A stretch of DNA of 64,000 nt, from contig OX597815.1 of NCBI GenBank assembly GCA_951406725.2, positions 49,352,001 to 49,416,000 on the forward strand, in the 5' to 3' direction. Position 1 is the stretch's first letter, and each line of letters opens with the position of its first letter. Position numbers and translations under genes: made by a program. The notes beneath the pieces are model-generated. The model saw only the letters and a program-made list of their open reading frames with translations. It did not search any database and was not told the origin of the DNA. This stretch comes from Octopus vulgaris. Lineage: Eukaryota. Positions 21,790-36,845 of this stretch are shown here, one piece after another.

Positions 21790-24700
21790 TTAAAATATTG
21801 TACTATTTTCAGTACAAATATAAATTTTAAATATAACTGTTATATGTTCCCATTAACAGTTGAGAGAACACAATTTTAAACAAATTACACAATACATAAA
21901 GCAGATTCAGATATGTTGTTGTTTATTTAATTATTAACTCATGCAGTACTAGCTCTATTTGTTTCTCTTTTGGAATTTATTTAAAACTCTTGGAAAAGAA
22001 ATCAGTACTAGTTATGCAAGGGTCATTCACTTAATAATGAAGAGATGCATAAATAGTCAAAAATATATATATATTTTTTTGAATATTTCATTTTTACATT
22101 ATGCATAAACTATCTCGAAATATTTTCATTTGTCATGAGTAAAACATCATTTGAGAATTCCTACCTTAACAATTGAACCAATTACCAATATTTGGTTAAT
22201 TAAACATCAAGAAAAAAAAGCAATGCATCAAGTAAGCCAAAACTGTATACTAATTGAAAGAGAAAATGATTTAAGCTTTCCAGTAGTTTAAATCCACTTT
22301 TAATTGCTCTGAATCCAATGCTATAAATGAAAGATACTTTTTGTGATTTCAAAATAGTCATTTTTTAAATTGTCTCAAAACAGCAAATTTGAGCTCCTTC
22401 AAGCTCAAGTTTAGTGTTTTGTTTTGAGTTCTGTTTAGAACCATTCCACTTCAACTAAATATTTTTTTTTTGTGACTGGTCTGGCAGCAACAGTAGAGTG
22501 TCAGATAAAATATTTATTTATATCTATTTATACTTTCAAATCAAAGCCTACAAAGTTCAATAAACTGAGTCCCAGAAATACAGAGTCAAATCAAAACCAC
22601 TTCTATCATTGGTCAATGAAAATCCACCATTGGAAACCATGTAATCCAGTAACTACAGGCCCATAGCTGATTGGTCAGTAATTAAACTAGTTCCCTTCTA
22701 GGTTTATTCAGTGAAGTGATTGTTAAGTACATCCAGCAGGATTAAAAAGCAAAATTTCTCAACAACAAATGAGCTCCTTGAAAGCCAAGAAAACCAATAT
22801 GCTGAGGAGGTGGTGGGTGTCACGAAGATTACCAAACTGAATGGAACACTTGTGTGGAAGCTACACCAGTATTTAATTCTGTCGTGGACCAATCAAGAAT
22901 GCATAAAGTAAACTTAGGAATGAAATGGACAGTAAAAACTGATAAGAATAATTTAGCTGTCTTAAATGGTAGAAATACTATGAAAATGACTTGAGTTGAA
23001 TACAGAGAAATATTCAGAAATACTGTAATACAGAAATATAAACCTTCATTATAAACTTGTGACCACATACTAATATCAAAAAGAATTCTTTATATTAATG
23101 ACAGTGAAGATTATGAGGGAACATGTAGTGGCAAATATATATTAGACTGAGGATTATTGTTTGGTTATATAAATGTGCAAGAGACAGCAAACTCAGTTCT
23201 CTGCACTGTCATTTAGGGAATGCAAGCTTTTATGCAGAAACCTCAGCTTATTCCACTTAAAATCAAAATACTGAAGAATTTGCAAAGCAGGTGATAGATT
23301 CCTAAATCTTCTTATATGACATGAAATCTACTTCAGGGTTCTAACAATGACTATATTTATTTGAATTATACATATATATGTAGACCATACATAAAGTTGA
23401 TGTAACAGATTCCTAAACAAGCTTATGGATGTATCATACTTTCTGTATCAATTATGAAAAATATAAAATCAGCAATAGTATATGTTGATACACTGCAAAT
23501 AAAGAAGAAAATAAGAAAATGAACTGTTTAATATTCTACAAGAATTACCATTTTCACCAAGTGTTATAGGGTGTATTTGAGAAATAAGGCATTGAAAGAA
23601 GAAAGATTACATCTTTGGATTTTGGTTCTATTCTTTGAAGTCAGGCTACAAATTGATAAATATCTAAGCTTTTGGAAAATTGAGCAGTCTTCCTTGAAAT
23701 TTAATACAGGGCCTTTTCATTGAAATTAGGATAATTTGAGCATTGTGCTTGATAATATAAGAAGATTAGTCAATGACAGAGCATTTTATGAACTGGTTTC
23801 CATAGCAAAATTGTGTCATTAGAGACTTTGTGTCTTAGTGCGAGTTGGATTAACTCGTGTGACTGGACAATTTGCAGTGAAGCAATGACCACTCCCCTAT
23901 GCATTTGAGGGTGTTTTCCTATCCAGTTCAGATATGAAGGGTCAATATGATTCTGGATCAGAAGATAAAGCCAAGAATTTAAATAATCTGATTTTGTACA
24001 TCTTGGAATTTGGTATTCTGTAATGGATAAAGCTAAAAATATTCTTAACAAATGAATGACTAACATGGCAGAACATTTTCTTTGAAGGACAATTTTTGAA
24101 GATGACACAGAATTTTGCAGGTTTCTTGCTTGGAATTATGTCACAAAAGTTACTCATTTTGATAATCTGTCAGGGTTTATATCTCATTTAGTTTTTTTTT
24201 TTCATCACGATAAATTAAATTGTTCTTTGAAGTGTAAGATGCCAAACATTTAGTGGAGTTTGTCTTATTAAGGTCAACTTCAGCCTGCCGTATTGTAAAT
24301 GTTAATATGTATGTTACTAACATGCATGATAAAGAGTGGCAATGAAATATTTGTATGTATCAATGTTCAATTTAATCAAAAAGTACTTTCATAATTTTTA
24401 ATGCCTTAAAATAATCTGAGATTATTTTTCCAATTTGTCTTTCATACAATGTGCAAATACACACACACACACACACATTGTTCTCATCACTAAATGTGAA
24501 TAAAGAATTTTTGTTAATAAAAATTTCTTTTATTGCTGTAATACGAAGTCTCACTTGAGTATAAGAGCCTTGGTAGTACAGTGCTATTGAAGAGACTGGT
24601 GTACAGAATTTTATCCAACAGTGCTTTGAGCATATATTTAATCAAGGAAAAGCCTTCCACCCTGCTTTTATTTTGTGCAAGCTTTCAGCATTCATGCCTT

Positions 24701-26484
24701 AGCATATATTTACTGTTTGTCCCAGATGAATATACTCCTTCACTTCCTCATTTTGATAATTTCCTAAAACACAATTTGACCTTGTACTACATTTTCACAC
24801 TGTGTATATTTTGCTTGCATAAAATGTATTGTGGGGTCTACAGTTAAACTCTGTATGCTCAGCTCTGTCAGTATGATTTACAGCTGGCTTGAGGTTTCTT
24901 TGATGAACACTATGATACCTGTGAATCAGAGGTGTGTTAGTAGCTTGCTGTAGATATTGACACTACTTTTCCAATCAATGTCTCTGATAATAATTTCTAG
25001 ATGTGCAGTGAGGAGCTTTGAGGACAGCAGAGTTATAAAGGTTGTTCTTTCCAAGTTTGCTTCCCTAAGAAAGATAGAAAGGGTAATACCTATGACCTTT
25101 ACAGTCTTTCCCAGGTTGGTGAGATTAAAGTGACTGGATGTATAACTTGGCAAACTGTGGGTCAATCTACTCAGACCAAATATTAAAAAGAAAAGACATT
25201 AGCACAGGCATGGCTGTGTGGTATGAAACTTGCCTCCCAACCACATAGTTCCAGGTTCAAAGCAGTGCCCCAGCATGGCCACAGTCTAATGACTGAAACA
25301 AGTAAAACAAAAGATAAAAGAATGGAAGTTTGATCTAAATACTTACAATGGAATGAAACTTACAAAGAGAATCTGAAACTTAGCTGGTGGTTATTAAATC
25401 AGGCAGTTTGGTTGGTCTGCCACTCCCAAATTAATGTAATACAAAGCAATATAATTAAAATAAATATCATATTATAATGCGTCTAGGTTTCAGTTATTGC
25501 TCAAGGTAAAATTCCAGCTTAAAATAGTTTATATTTGTCTCATGATAATGTATTTATGTGATAGATTGAGAATTCCTCTCACTAACTCCTCTTCTTAACT
25601 TCTGACAGGTGTAAACTATAGGGAAAGAGTTAAAAATCTTCTGGTAGGAAGCAGATAAAAAATACCATCATTTGTTATGAGGTAGTGGTTAGTCAGACTA
25701 CAAAGATTTAATAGTAGCCGAGTCATTATTCATTAATCCAAATTTGTGAACTGGCAGAGTCATAAGAGTATCAGACAGAAACTCTGTTGGAATTTTTACT
25801 TTGTGTTCTACAGAATTTGAGCATTTATTCAAACTGCTCAAAATTTAGAACAGCAAATTTCATTGCAAAAAATTGTGAAATATTTTGAAATTCTAAAATT
25901 GTAGAATTTCAGAATTTGTTCTGAGTGACCCTCTGCACTTTTTGCTCAAATTATACAATGGTCAACCATGCTTTTCACCTTTTTGAAGTCCACAAATAAA
26001 GAACAAATAAAGTACTGAGTAATATTCCTCCTTTTCTCTGTCTTTTTATCAGAATCGTCTATGTGAAGAGACCAGGAACCAAGTACTCATAAACTATGAC
26101 TCCACCAATCCATTTACCATCACGACAAAAGAAGATTATTAAGCCACTCTCTATTAATTTCCACATCCTTATTGTCTTAAATGATGAGACTACATTGTCT
26201 AAATTCCTTTAATGCAACACATCCTAGTGACCACCATTTCAGCCTCTAAACATTTTTCTGCTTTCTCAATAAAGACAGAAAAGTTACTGAGGTGATGGAT
26301 TTTTACTTCCTCTGTTTCTGTTATAAAGTTTCAAGTAAGAACTCTTACATGTTAGCTACTATGATCTGTCCAGACTGTAGTTTTGAATGAAAGTAGAGTA
26401 ATGGTGGATGACTGAAAGATTTCTGTTTATAGGTGAATGGGTCTTTTCAAACAGAACATATGGTTAAATAATAAGCAATCATCC

Positions 26485-27045
26485 AACAAGCCAGCCAGCC
26501 AGCCAACCAACCAACCAACCAATCAATAAACCAACCAACCAACTAACCAGCCAACCAGCCAACCAGCCAACCAATCAACTAACTAACCAACCAACCAACC
26601 AATCAACAAGCCAGCCAGCCAACCAATCAATTAACCAACTAACCAACCAACCAACCAACTAACCAGCCAACCAGCCAGCCAACCAACCAATCAACTAACC
26701 AACCAACTGACCAGTCAACCAACTAGACAACTAGTCAGCCAACCAACCAACCAACCAACCAACCAATCAACCAACCAGCCAACTGACCAACCAACCAACT
26801 GACCAATCAAACAACTAACCAACTAGCCAGCCAACCAGAAAACTGACCAGCCAATCAACAGACCAACCAACTGACCAACCATCCAACCAACTGGCCAATC
26901 AGCCAACAGTCAACCATTCAACCAATCAACCAACTGACCAATCAAGTGACCAATCAACCAACCAACCAACTGACCAACCAATCAACCAACCAACCAACCA
27001 AACAGCCAACTATCAAACCAACCAACTAAACTACCAACCATTCAA
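26485..27045. repeat. Degenerate (CCAA)n/(CCAG)n tetranucleotide satellite
   Basis: About 560 bp of CCAA/CCAG/TCAA/CTAA/CTGA variants in 4-bp register. Confidence 0.92.
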
Positions 27046-28037
27046 CATATTAAAGAACCAGCCTCCCAGAATGTGGATTCAATGACAGCATGAACTGAGA
27101 TGATGCAGAAAACAAAGGATCCTAAGCTGTATACATAATGACATTTCTGGCTACCATAGAAGAATTTGAAACCAGCACTACTAGCAATGTAAACACCTTG
27201 TTAATTTTACTGTGGTATCATAGCTTAGAGAAGCAAATATTTTCTATTGTGTGTCAACTGAGTAGACTACAGCAATTGAGAGTAGTCGAGTAACTTGATT
27301 GTAGATACAACACAACTTGTAACAGGAATGAATTATCTACTTTTTTAGTTGGTGCCTTAACCAACAGATCGCTAATTTATTGCCTTTTCCATTTCACAAC
27401 ACACTGAATGAGATGCTAAGATTGTCTTGTTGGACCAACCGGCGGCTTTCAAAAAGTTGACTATGTGTGCTGTGTGTGCGTGAGTGTGTGTGTGTGTGTG
27501 TGTATATGGTGCATGGTGTAGTAGTTATGGTGCTGTACTCACAATCTAGTGATCGTAATTTCAATTCCTAGACTGCGCAGTGCATTGTGCTCTTGAGTAA
27601 AACACTTCATTTCATGTTGTTCTGCAATCACTTCAACACAAGGTACAAGGTACACAGTACACCCGCTCAAACAATGTCAATCTGATGGAGGGAGTGAGCT
27701 AATGTACAACACATACATTTGATCATTATAAACAAACCATTTGTGAAGGTCATTCAACAAAAATTGAATGCAAATATGTCGTCTTCGATGGGAGAGTCCA
27801 TTATTACCATTATCATTAAAAACAGTTTGATACAGTTCCATATGATGTAAAGTTTTGCTGGCTTCTAACAAAAGCCTGTCCAAAGCCTGAAAGAGATGGG
27901 CTTCACTTAGAGGCCAGTGAAACATGAAGTTGCCTGGAACCAAATCAAACTGTTTTAAATAATACATGTAACTCCTATGAAATGTGTTGGATGCCTTTCT
28001 CTTTCATTTGTCCATTCACTTGAGTGTGTGTGTATAT

Positions 28038-28319
28038 ATATTATTTAATACACACAAAATATGTTTTTATGTGCTACTATTAGTTTCATGGGCTAAGAGC
28101 ATGCCAGACAGTATTTTGTAACATGTCTCGTGTCCTAGCATCAGGTACTCCCCACATGGCACAACAAACTAAAACTTTTTAGTTCATTATGCCATGTGGG
28201 CAGTGCCTGATGATTGTGCTAGGACACCAGACATGTTAAAAAATACTATCTGGCATTCTCTCAGCACATGGAACTAATAATAGCACATAAAAACATACTT
28301 TGCATTTATTAGATAATAT
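28038..28319. repeat. Long imperfect fold-back (palindromic MITE-like element)
   Basis: Arms pair over ~135 bp (e.g. TATGTTTTTATGTGCTA / TAGCACATAAAAACATA, CCCACATGGCA / TGCCATGTGGG) with almost no spacer. Confidence 0.88.
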
Positions 28320-28898
28320 TTATCTCTCACTAGATGGAGTATTTTTTTTGTTGATCTTACCATGACAAAACAGTACACTATATACAAACGTTTTGCATCT
28401 GCCTTCTTTATAACAACATCTTTAGAAGAATGCCTAGAATACCTGCTTTCTGTATAAGCTATGTAAAAAAAACTTTATGAAGAGTATATTTATGCATATC
28501 TTGATATGCATATGTGTGTTTCTGAGTGCAAGTGTGCGTGTTAAAGCTTACATAAGAAACTATCAATAGATATCACTGATTGAGTGACTATACAAATGTG
28601 TGTCAGTGCATCATACTTGGGGTCTCCCCTCTCACTGTGAATTATATGTGCATGCATGTTTGCATGTGTATACATGCACACACACATGTGAAGAGTTGTG
28701 AAAGTTTATGTATGTGTGTGTGTGCATGTGTGTACATGTCTGTGTGTGTGCGTCTGTGTGTTCCATTCTGTTTGCATGTGTGTAAGAGCCTATCTCAGCA
28801 TTCTTTGCTTATTAGTTTTGCAATTAACATTGTTATTAGAGATCAAGATGAAATTAGAAATGTTATTTCATGCATATGTATGTATATATATATACATA

Positions 28899-28948
<50 letters not shown>

Positions 28949-28962
28949 CACACATGCATACA

Positions 28963-29008
<46 letters not shown>

Positions 29009-29212
29009 TCAACACGAACATACACTCACACACACACACACACACATATAGATAGTGAGATAGATAGATAGATAGATAGACATAAACATATATACACACA
29101 CATATATAAACATATACATATAAAGATATACATATAAACATATATACATTAATGCGTACACACCTACTTAGCTACCTACCTACCTACCTACCTACATACT
29201 TACATACATACC

Positions 29213-29244
<32 letters not shown>

Positions 29245-29619
29245 AATGTTCACACACTAACAGACAAATACACATATGTATACATATAGATATACATATG
29301 TATGGACACATCCACACGCATGTGTGTGCATGGATGTTGAGTGGGGGGATGTGAATATCAAAAGAAATAAATCAATATATTCTTCAGAGATGAAGGTATG
29401 CAATTTTCCAATTGCAGTCAATGTCATTTGTATTATAGAGGACCTGTCAACAACTTGTATAACCAGGCCACTTGGATTATCATCAATCGCAGACTATAAA
29501 AAAATATTAGCAGTCGAATGAAATCATTACTCTGCCACACTTATAAATACATTTAAACACACATGCAGAAACACACACAAAAATACACACACACACACAT
29601 TCATATATACATACATACA

Positions 29620-29674
<55 letters not shown>

Positions 29675-29714
29675 GTATACATATATATATATATCTATAT
29701 ACATATATGTATGC

Positions 29715-29759
<45 letters not shown>

Positions 29760-29929
29760 CACACATATGTATACATATATATATAGATGAATTTTTATAT
29801 GAATATATATATTATGTGTGTGTGCATGCATGTGTGAGTGTACACATAATTCACATGAGAATGCATTATGCACAAACGCATGTACACACAAAAGAAAATT
29901 ATACTCGTATGCATGTGTGTATGTGTCTG

Positions 29930-29974
<45 letters not shown>

Positions 29975-30669
29975 GTGTGTGCATATATAAATATGTATAT
30001 ATATAGATATATATTTGTATATGTGTATACACACACATGTATGCACACACATAAGCATACAAATGCACAAACTTGCACACACACACACACACACACACAT
30101 GCATACACACATATGCATCATCTTGAAAGTGAGAAAATGGCTAAGACATTTTTGCAAAGAGACTCAGTAAATAGCTGTTGGCAAGATTAATATTGCAAAT
30201 GGAGGCTAGATCACTTGCGGTAGATTCACAAAAGATTCAGTAGCAGAAAGCCATTTAAGTGCACGGAGAGCATGGCAGCAAACATACATATAATAAACAT
30301 TTAAACAATCAAAATCACATCACTTGACTCTCACCTCATACTAAACAGAAAGAAAAAAAAGATTAATAAAAGCATGAAAGAAAAAAAAAACGATTGTAAA
30401 GGTATAAAAATGGCCCTTAGAAAACTATACTGTGTAACTGATTGATGTAACAAACACAATTACAGGTTGGCAATGTAAAATTTAAACTGCACACCAAACA
30501 ATTCCCTGCCTGCTAATGTCAACTAATACTCACGCACACACACACACACACACGCACACACACACATATAGATCAATATTTGTATGTGCATGTGTGTGTG
30601 TGTATGTGTGTGCTTGTCTGTATATATATATTTATATATATTGATATAAATATACATATATATACATAT

Positions 30670-30713
<44 letters not shown>

Positions 30714-31098
30714 CCATGTGTGTGCATGTGTTTATATGTGTTTTAGTAAGTGCACCTGTGTGTGATTGCATATATATTTGAGAGCAACTTTTCCTTTAAC
30801 CACATTCAAAATAGGTTTGTACTCTACTTTCTGCTCTTTTCTCTAAAGTTTATTCTTTTCATATTTTCCTTTGACTTTCTTGCACTTTCTTCAAATCAAT
30901 TACTGATGTTTCTATACCTTCATAGTTTTATCTTCAGGATGAAATGATGTTGGAATATGTCACTGCCTTTATGTAGTGTACAGCACCAATGTTTGGGCTA
31001 GATGTTACAGTTGAAATTTGAAGTTTTTTGATGAGATATAGATTTATACATTATCAATCAAATATTTAATTTTGTTTGTGACTACGATATGTTGTATA

Positions 31099-31550
31099 CA
31101 GGTCGTCATTGACTTACAACCTATCCAACTTATGACCAATCGATTTTATGATGATTGGCACACCAACTCCTGGCAGCAATAATTAATAGTCCTGTTGAAA
31201 CCTAATGGATTTAATTTCTTAGAAATTAACCCATCTACAGGTGATGTCCCCTAGGTTTGTTTATCAATTGCCACTGTGGTTATCTCAAGTGTTGGATGAA
31301 TATCTTGTGGAGGCATCAAAGCAGCCTTGTATTTATTTATAAGAAGACTGCTTGAGACTCCGAGATTTTTGACTAATGCCAGTATAATAGTATAATACAG
31401 AATGCTGTGTGTGACTTTTGCCTGAGAATGTACCTTAAGACTGTAAAAATATATAACAAAGCTATGTAGGCCTACAGGCCGACTTACAACCAAATCGACT
31501 TATGACTAGTCAGTCGAAACCAATTGTGGTCGTAAGTCAATGATGACCTG
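31099..31550. mobile_element. Tigger/pogo-like MITE
   Basis: TIRs CAGGTCGTCATTGACTTACAACC / GGTCGTAAGTCAATGATGACCTG with a TA target duplication on both sides and subterminal GACTTA(C/T)(A/G)AC repeats. Confidence 0.88.
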
Positions 31551-34500
31551 TATATGTTTAGTTTGTCATCAAACTGTTGTGTGTATTACTTTCCTCATTG
31601 TCTGTTTTTGTCAAGAATCCTACAGCATTGATGTGTTGTCAACTAATGTTTTCCTATCTAGTTTGGTTTTGAGTTGCATGATGTAGCACTTTGCAACTAG
31701 TGCTAGTTATTAGTGTGAGGTGAGCTACAATAAAAATGTGTCACTCATATGACCAATGAAACAGTTATTGTCATGAAGTTTACAACTTTCACTTTTATAA
31801 GAAAATAGGTTTACATGACTGTGATGAGTTATTGGCATAAAGGTTTTAATTACAGTATTTTTGTAGTATATAGTTGGTTTAGTTTATGGCTGGCTGTAAT
31901 TCATTTTGTCTTCTGCTTTATGAAGTTTTTGTGATGTGTTTATCTATTATAAAGCTAGTATACATTTCAATTCTTATAATATTACTTGAGTGTTGTTTGT
32001 GTATTTTAATGTCTGTATGTTGTAATGCAAATCCCATGAGCATTTAATCACTTCACATTTAATATTGCTATTTGATATTATTACTTCTATGTTAACCCTT
32101 TCTGAACAGATCTTTGATGATAGTTTTCCCAACCATAATCATCCTGTCTTTTTATCAGATATAGTGTATCTAGGATTACATCGTCTAATATGTTCTTCAA
32201 AATGGAATGGTGTGATTAGAATGAAATTTTGTTGTTCAGTCTGGCAGATCTAACAACCATGCAAATAAAACTGAATTCAGTGCCTCATGTTTAAAAAATT
32301 GCTTATAAAAATCAGTGCTACCACAGCTTGGAGCAGCTGGTGCCATTTTAAATACTAATAGAAACCAAACTACACCCATTGAGTCGTAAGCTAAATAAAT
32401 AAGTACTCTATCTACCTGGCCAACTTATTGAAGTATCCTTTATAAGAATGTTTCTTTTTTCAAAATCCTTCTGTATCGTTCATGCTATAAACAACAGGCC
32501 ACATTTATTCTCAGAAAACAGTTAACTTCCATCATAACAGTGATGGACAACTCACTGTTATTAGTTTTCTCACTTGTAGATATATCTATCTGTTTTTACC
32601 TTTTATTCTTCCAATTGTAGTAATCTCTGAAGTTTTATAGAAACAGTTCTCTATGTAATAGCTACACATTTAAGATGAAACCAAATTACGGAATATTCTT
32701 CTCTACCACATGTATAAACAAAATGTGTGTAATCTTCTTTTTAGAGTCATAAGTCTTCTCCAGATCTTCATAATTTCTTTGTTGTCTGATAAACACTGGA
32801 ATGCTGTCTATGCTATTTTCATTTTATACTTTTTTATATTTATGTATCTAATACATTTGTCATTTTATAAGTCTTTTAGATTTTGTAGTAATATTCCACT
32901 GATCTTCATTATAAGTTTATGTAATCACCATATTCTCAAGCTTGGCAATTCTTGAAATGTCACCTCTTATCCTATCCCTCTTCTCTTTCTCTCTCTCTCT
33001 CTCTCTGATCTTCTCCTCTAACTTAGTCATAAATGAAACTATTTTCCTCTTTACTCTTTTATCTCTATGTCTATTTACTCTTCTTTTTTTATGATACTAC
33101 TCCTAACTGTCCCATCTTCAACTATTAAATTAGCCTATTCTACTGTATAGATAATGCATCAGGATGTTTAAAAAAGAAGTCTCAATAACTGATTGTTTTT
33201 TCAAAGGATAATGATTCCTTAAAAATAGAATTGAAAGTAGAAAGGGTATTATCTATCTCAATACAAAACCTTAAATCATTTTGAGAATAGGAGTAACTGA
33301 AATAGATACACATTCACACTTAGCTAGTTTGTATATTTAAATATGTGTGTATGTGTGTATATGTACATGTGTGTGTGTGTGTGTGTGTGTCTGTGCATGT
33401 GCATGCTTACTTATTGAGTGTATCTCAATTTTAGAACAGGTACCCTACAACCTTGCGTACTGTAAGAGGCAACTAAAATGGTCACAAACAGGAAGAGGAT
33501 CAGTCGTAAGATGCTGCCTCAGAAACACCATGAGACTCCTGTTCATATGGCAAATTGGATATAAAATGATAATGATGACATATACAGGGTGATTCAAAAG
33601 TTTCTTCAACATTTAGATGGTATATAAAATTAAAATTCAATATATGATAAATTGCATAACATTAAGTACGATGACAAGAATTAAGCAACTTCATCATAGA
33701 AAGGTCACCAACTTTTTTAGTCTGCTTGCCTGCCTGTCTACCCACCACCTCTCTCTCTCTTTCTCTCTCTTTCTCTCTCTCTCTCCCTCCCTCTCTCCTG
33801 CACCCAATTCCTTCTGTTTATATACTTACTTGTCTATCTATCTATCTATTCATAATGAACCATTTACTTCAAAACAAACCTATATAATTCTCTATGGAAT
33901 TATTTATGTATATTATATTGCTGTTGGTAAACAGTTTAAAGTGTGTGAACTGGCCAATCCTTGGTTCACTGCATTTCTGGCAGTAAAAATGACACGGTTT
34001 TGGCTTCTCATGGATGTTTATATCCTTTCACTGATACACAACTATGAGACACACACACATGCATGCACGTACACACACACACACACACACACACACATGC
34101 ACACAAAGGCTTCTACATAGTTTCCTTCTACAAAGTTCTTTTCACAAGTTATTGATCATCATGAGGCCACTGTAGAAAGCATCTGCCTAAGATCATGCTC
34201 CCAGACCTAGAACAATGTCATTGCAAAACATGCTTCATAACCATACTAACTGCTTATACAGGGTTAAATATATTACCTCACACTTCTACATGATGTTGGT
34301 CTTCAAAGCAATATTCCTGTCTTAAGTCATCTATATAAAAGTTGGTATATTTCTCACTTCAAAGTAAAACAGATCATCCGTATTTCTTGTAAAACAATGA
34401 GTTAGATTTCATAGTTTGTCATCTCTGGCTGTCTTTCACATTTCTCTTTCCTCTTCCAGGTCAAGTTTATTATGGTGGTGGCTGTATATTTCAAGCCCTA

Positions 34501-34624
34501 TATCCACTTGCACTTTAATTATAAAGTCTGATTTAATTGCCCGGAGATAGGAACAGTGGCAAAGTTCTGAGCTAAGAAGCTTTTTTAATTAATAAGTAAC
34601 TCAAGTAGATCCTTCATCTCAGTT

Positions 34625-35530
34625 TGACCAGTGTTTGATAATGTCATCAAAGCCCCATTGTCAGTAAAAAAACAGTGGTTTGATAGTTCAAAACAAAACC
34701 CTATAATCAATAACAAACCAGTTATTTGACAGTTTGAAATAAAACTTTGTAGTCACTGACATCAGTGGTTTGACAGCCCAAAACAAAACCTAAATCTCAA
34801 TGACTCCAGTAGTTTGATAGCCCAGTAGCAAACAAATCACTATTTTCAAATGATACTTAATGGTTTGATAGTTTAAAGCCAGACCATAATTTTAATGACA
34901 CTAATAATTTGACAGTTGCAATTGTTTGATAGTTTGAAATAAAACTATATTGTCAATAAATCTCACGATTTGACAGTTCAATTTGAAACAAAATGCTATT
35001 GTCACTCAAATCATTTAAAACAAACTCTATTTTCAATGACAGTTTAACCTTTTGATACCAAACTGAGACTGCTTCTCCTTCTATGATATAAAATAAATGA
35101 TCTTAATTAAAATCTTTCATTATAATCTCATGTTGATTTTTGTCCTAAATACCAGTTTAATAATAACCAAATTATTTTACTAAATTCTTCATTATTTTTA
35201 AAATCAATTGAAAGTGTATTTCGAAAGAAATATAGTAGCAAAAAGGTTTTTAAAATGCCTTTAAAAAAATGACAAAACAAATGCTTGACTGTTCCAAAGC
35301 AAATCTATCTTTTATGGGAAGCTGTCAGACAAACCAGTGGTTTGAAGTCCCCCCAAAAAACACTCATGTTTGCAACAAACAAGAGGATTTACATTTCTTA
35401 GCCATTTCTAAACACAGCCCTATAGTCAATGACACTTTGTCAATGACACTTTTGTCAATGACACTTTGTCGTTTGGCAACCCTTAAAATAATCTATTGTT
35501 CAATGATCAGTGATAAGCCAATAATGAACA
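34625..35530. repeat. Decayed ~44-bp minisatellite interrupted by a MITE
   Basis: Recurrent CAGT(G/A)GTTTGA(T/C)AG...AAAAC...TCAATGAC units near 34674, 34719, 34762, 34806 and 34858, continuing past 35270. Confidence 0.6.
35048..35250. mobile_element. Second piggyBac-like MITE family
   Basis: TTAA-CCTTTTGATAC ... GTAGCAAAAAGG-TT. Related sequence starts near 62500 (TTAACCCTTTTGTTACCATATTTC). Confidence 0.55.
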
Positions 35531-35809
35531 GGTGTCAAAGATAAAGATAGATTGGCTACAGATTGTAACTAAAGCTTTCAAGTTATTTAATCTACTCTAG
35601 TGCTTGAGAAAAGTTGTGCCTCTACAGGGCACAAGTTTCTACTAGGTCTAGACAAACTCTGGAATGTAATGTTGTAAATATTTTATTTTATTTTATTTCA
35701 TTTCATTCTATTCTATTTCATTTCCTTAGAAAATCTGAAGACTCTGTTTACATGTGTATAAATAAACTGACTAATATTATTACCAATATACATGCATGTA
35801 TGTGTGTAT

Positions 35810-35895
<86 letters not shown>

Positions 35896-36780
35896 TAATA
35901 GATATAGATATAAGTATAGATACAGATATAGATATATACAGATATATATATATATATATATACACACATACACAAACATATATATATATATGGTATATTC
36001 ATTAATGTTTGTTTTTATGTTCAGTTATTATAAAACCAATTTTACATTAACCTGATAGGTTACACCATACTTTAGTAGAGTACAAATTTAGTAAAGTAAA
36101 ATTTCTTGACACTGACTTCAAAGTTTCGAACAGTGTGCCAATGGCTTAGCTGACCAAACCTTCGAAGTCACTGTCAACAATATTCTTGTATAAAAAATAT
36201 ATAAATGCATATGTGTGTGTATGTGTGTGCATGTGTGTGATTGCATGTATGTATATATGTATCTATGCATATATGTATATATGTAGTTATGCATGTATGT
36301 GTATACATATATGCACATACACAAGCACATATATAAACACATTTACATATAAAAGAATTTAAATATTTACACACGTTATAATTTCATAGAAGCACACATA
36401 AAAATGCACATAAGCCAGTAAAAAAGAACTGGTGCAAATTAGAAGAAGGCTTCCCTTTGTCCTATAACTTCGTACTTTGTCAGATAAAGTACACTGAAAC
36501 TGCATGAAGTTTGACGATAGAAACTTTAAAAACTTTATAGCCTGGAGGTTTACACAAGAGAAAATGAGTGCATGGTTTATCAGAACTTGTATATACATAA
36601 GCAACAACTGGCTCTTAGCATGGACTACTACATCTATAGTGGAGTGTCAAGAATATTTGAAGCTATTACAGAGAGTAAATGTCTGGAGAAACACACACAC
36701 ACACACACACACAAAGTCAGTGGAGAAATAATAGCTAAGTAGAAATGTGTGTGTGTGAGTGTATTGCAAATAAGATATAA

Positions 36781-36845
<65 letters not shown>

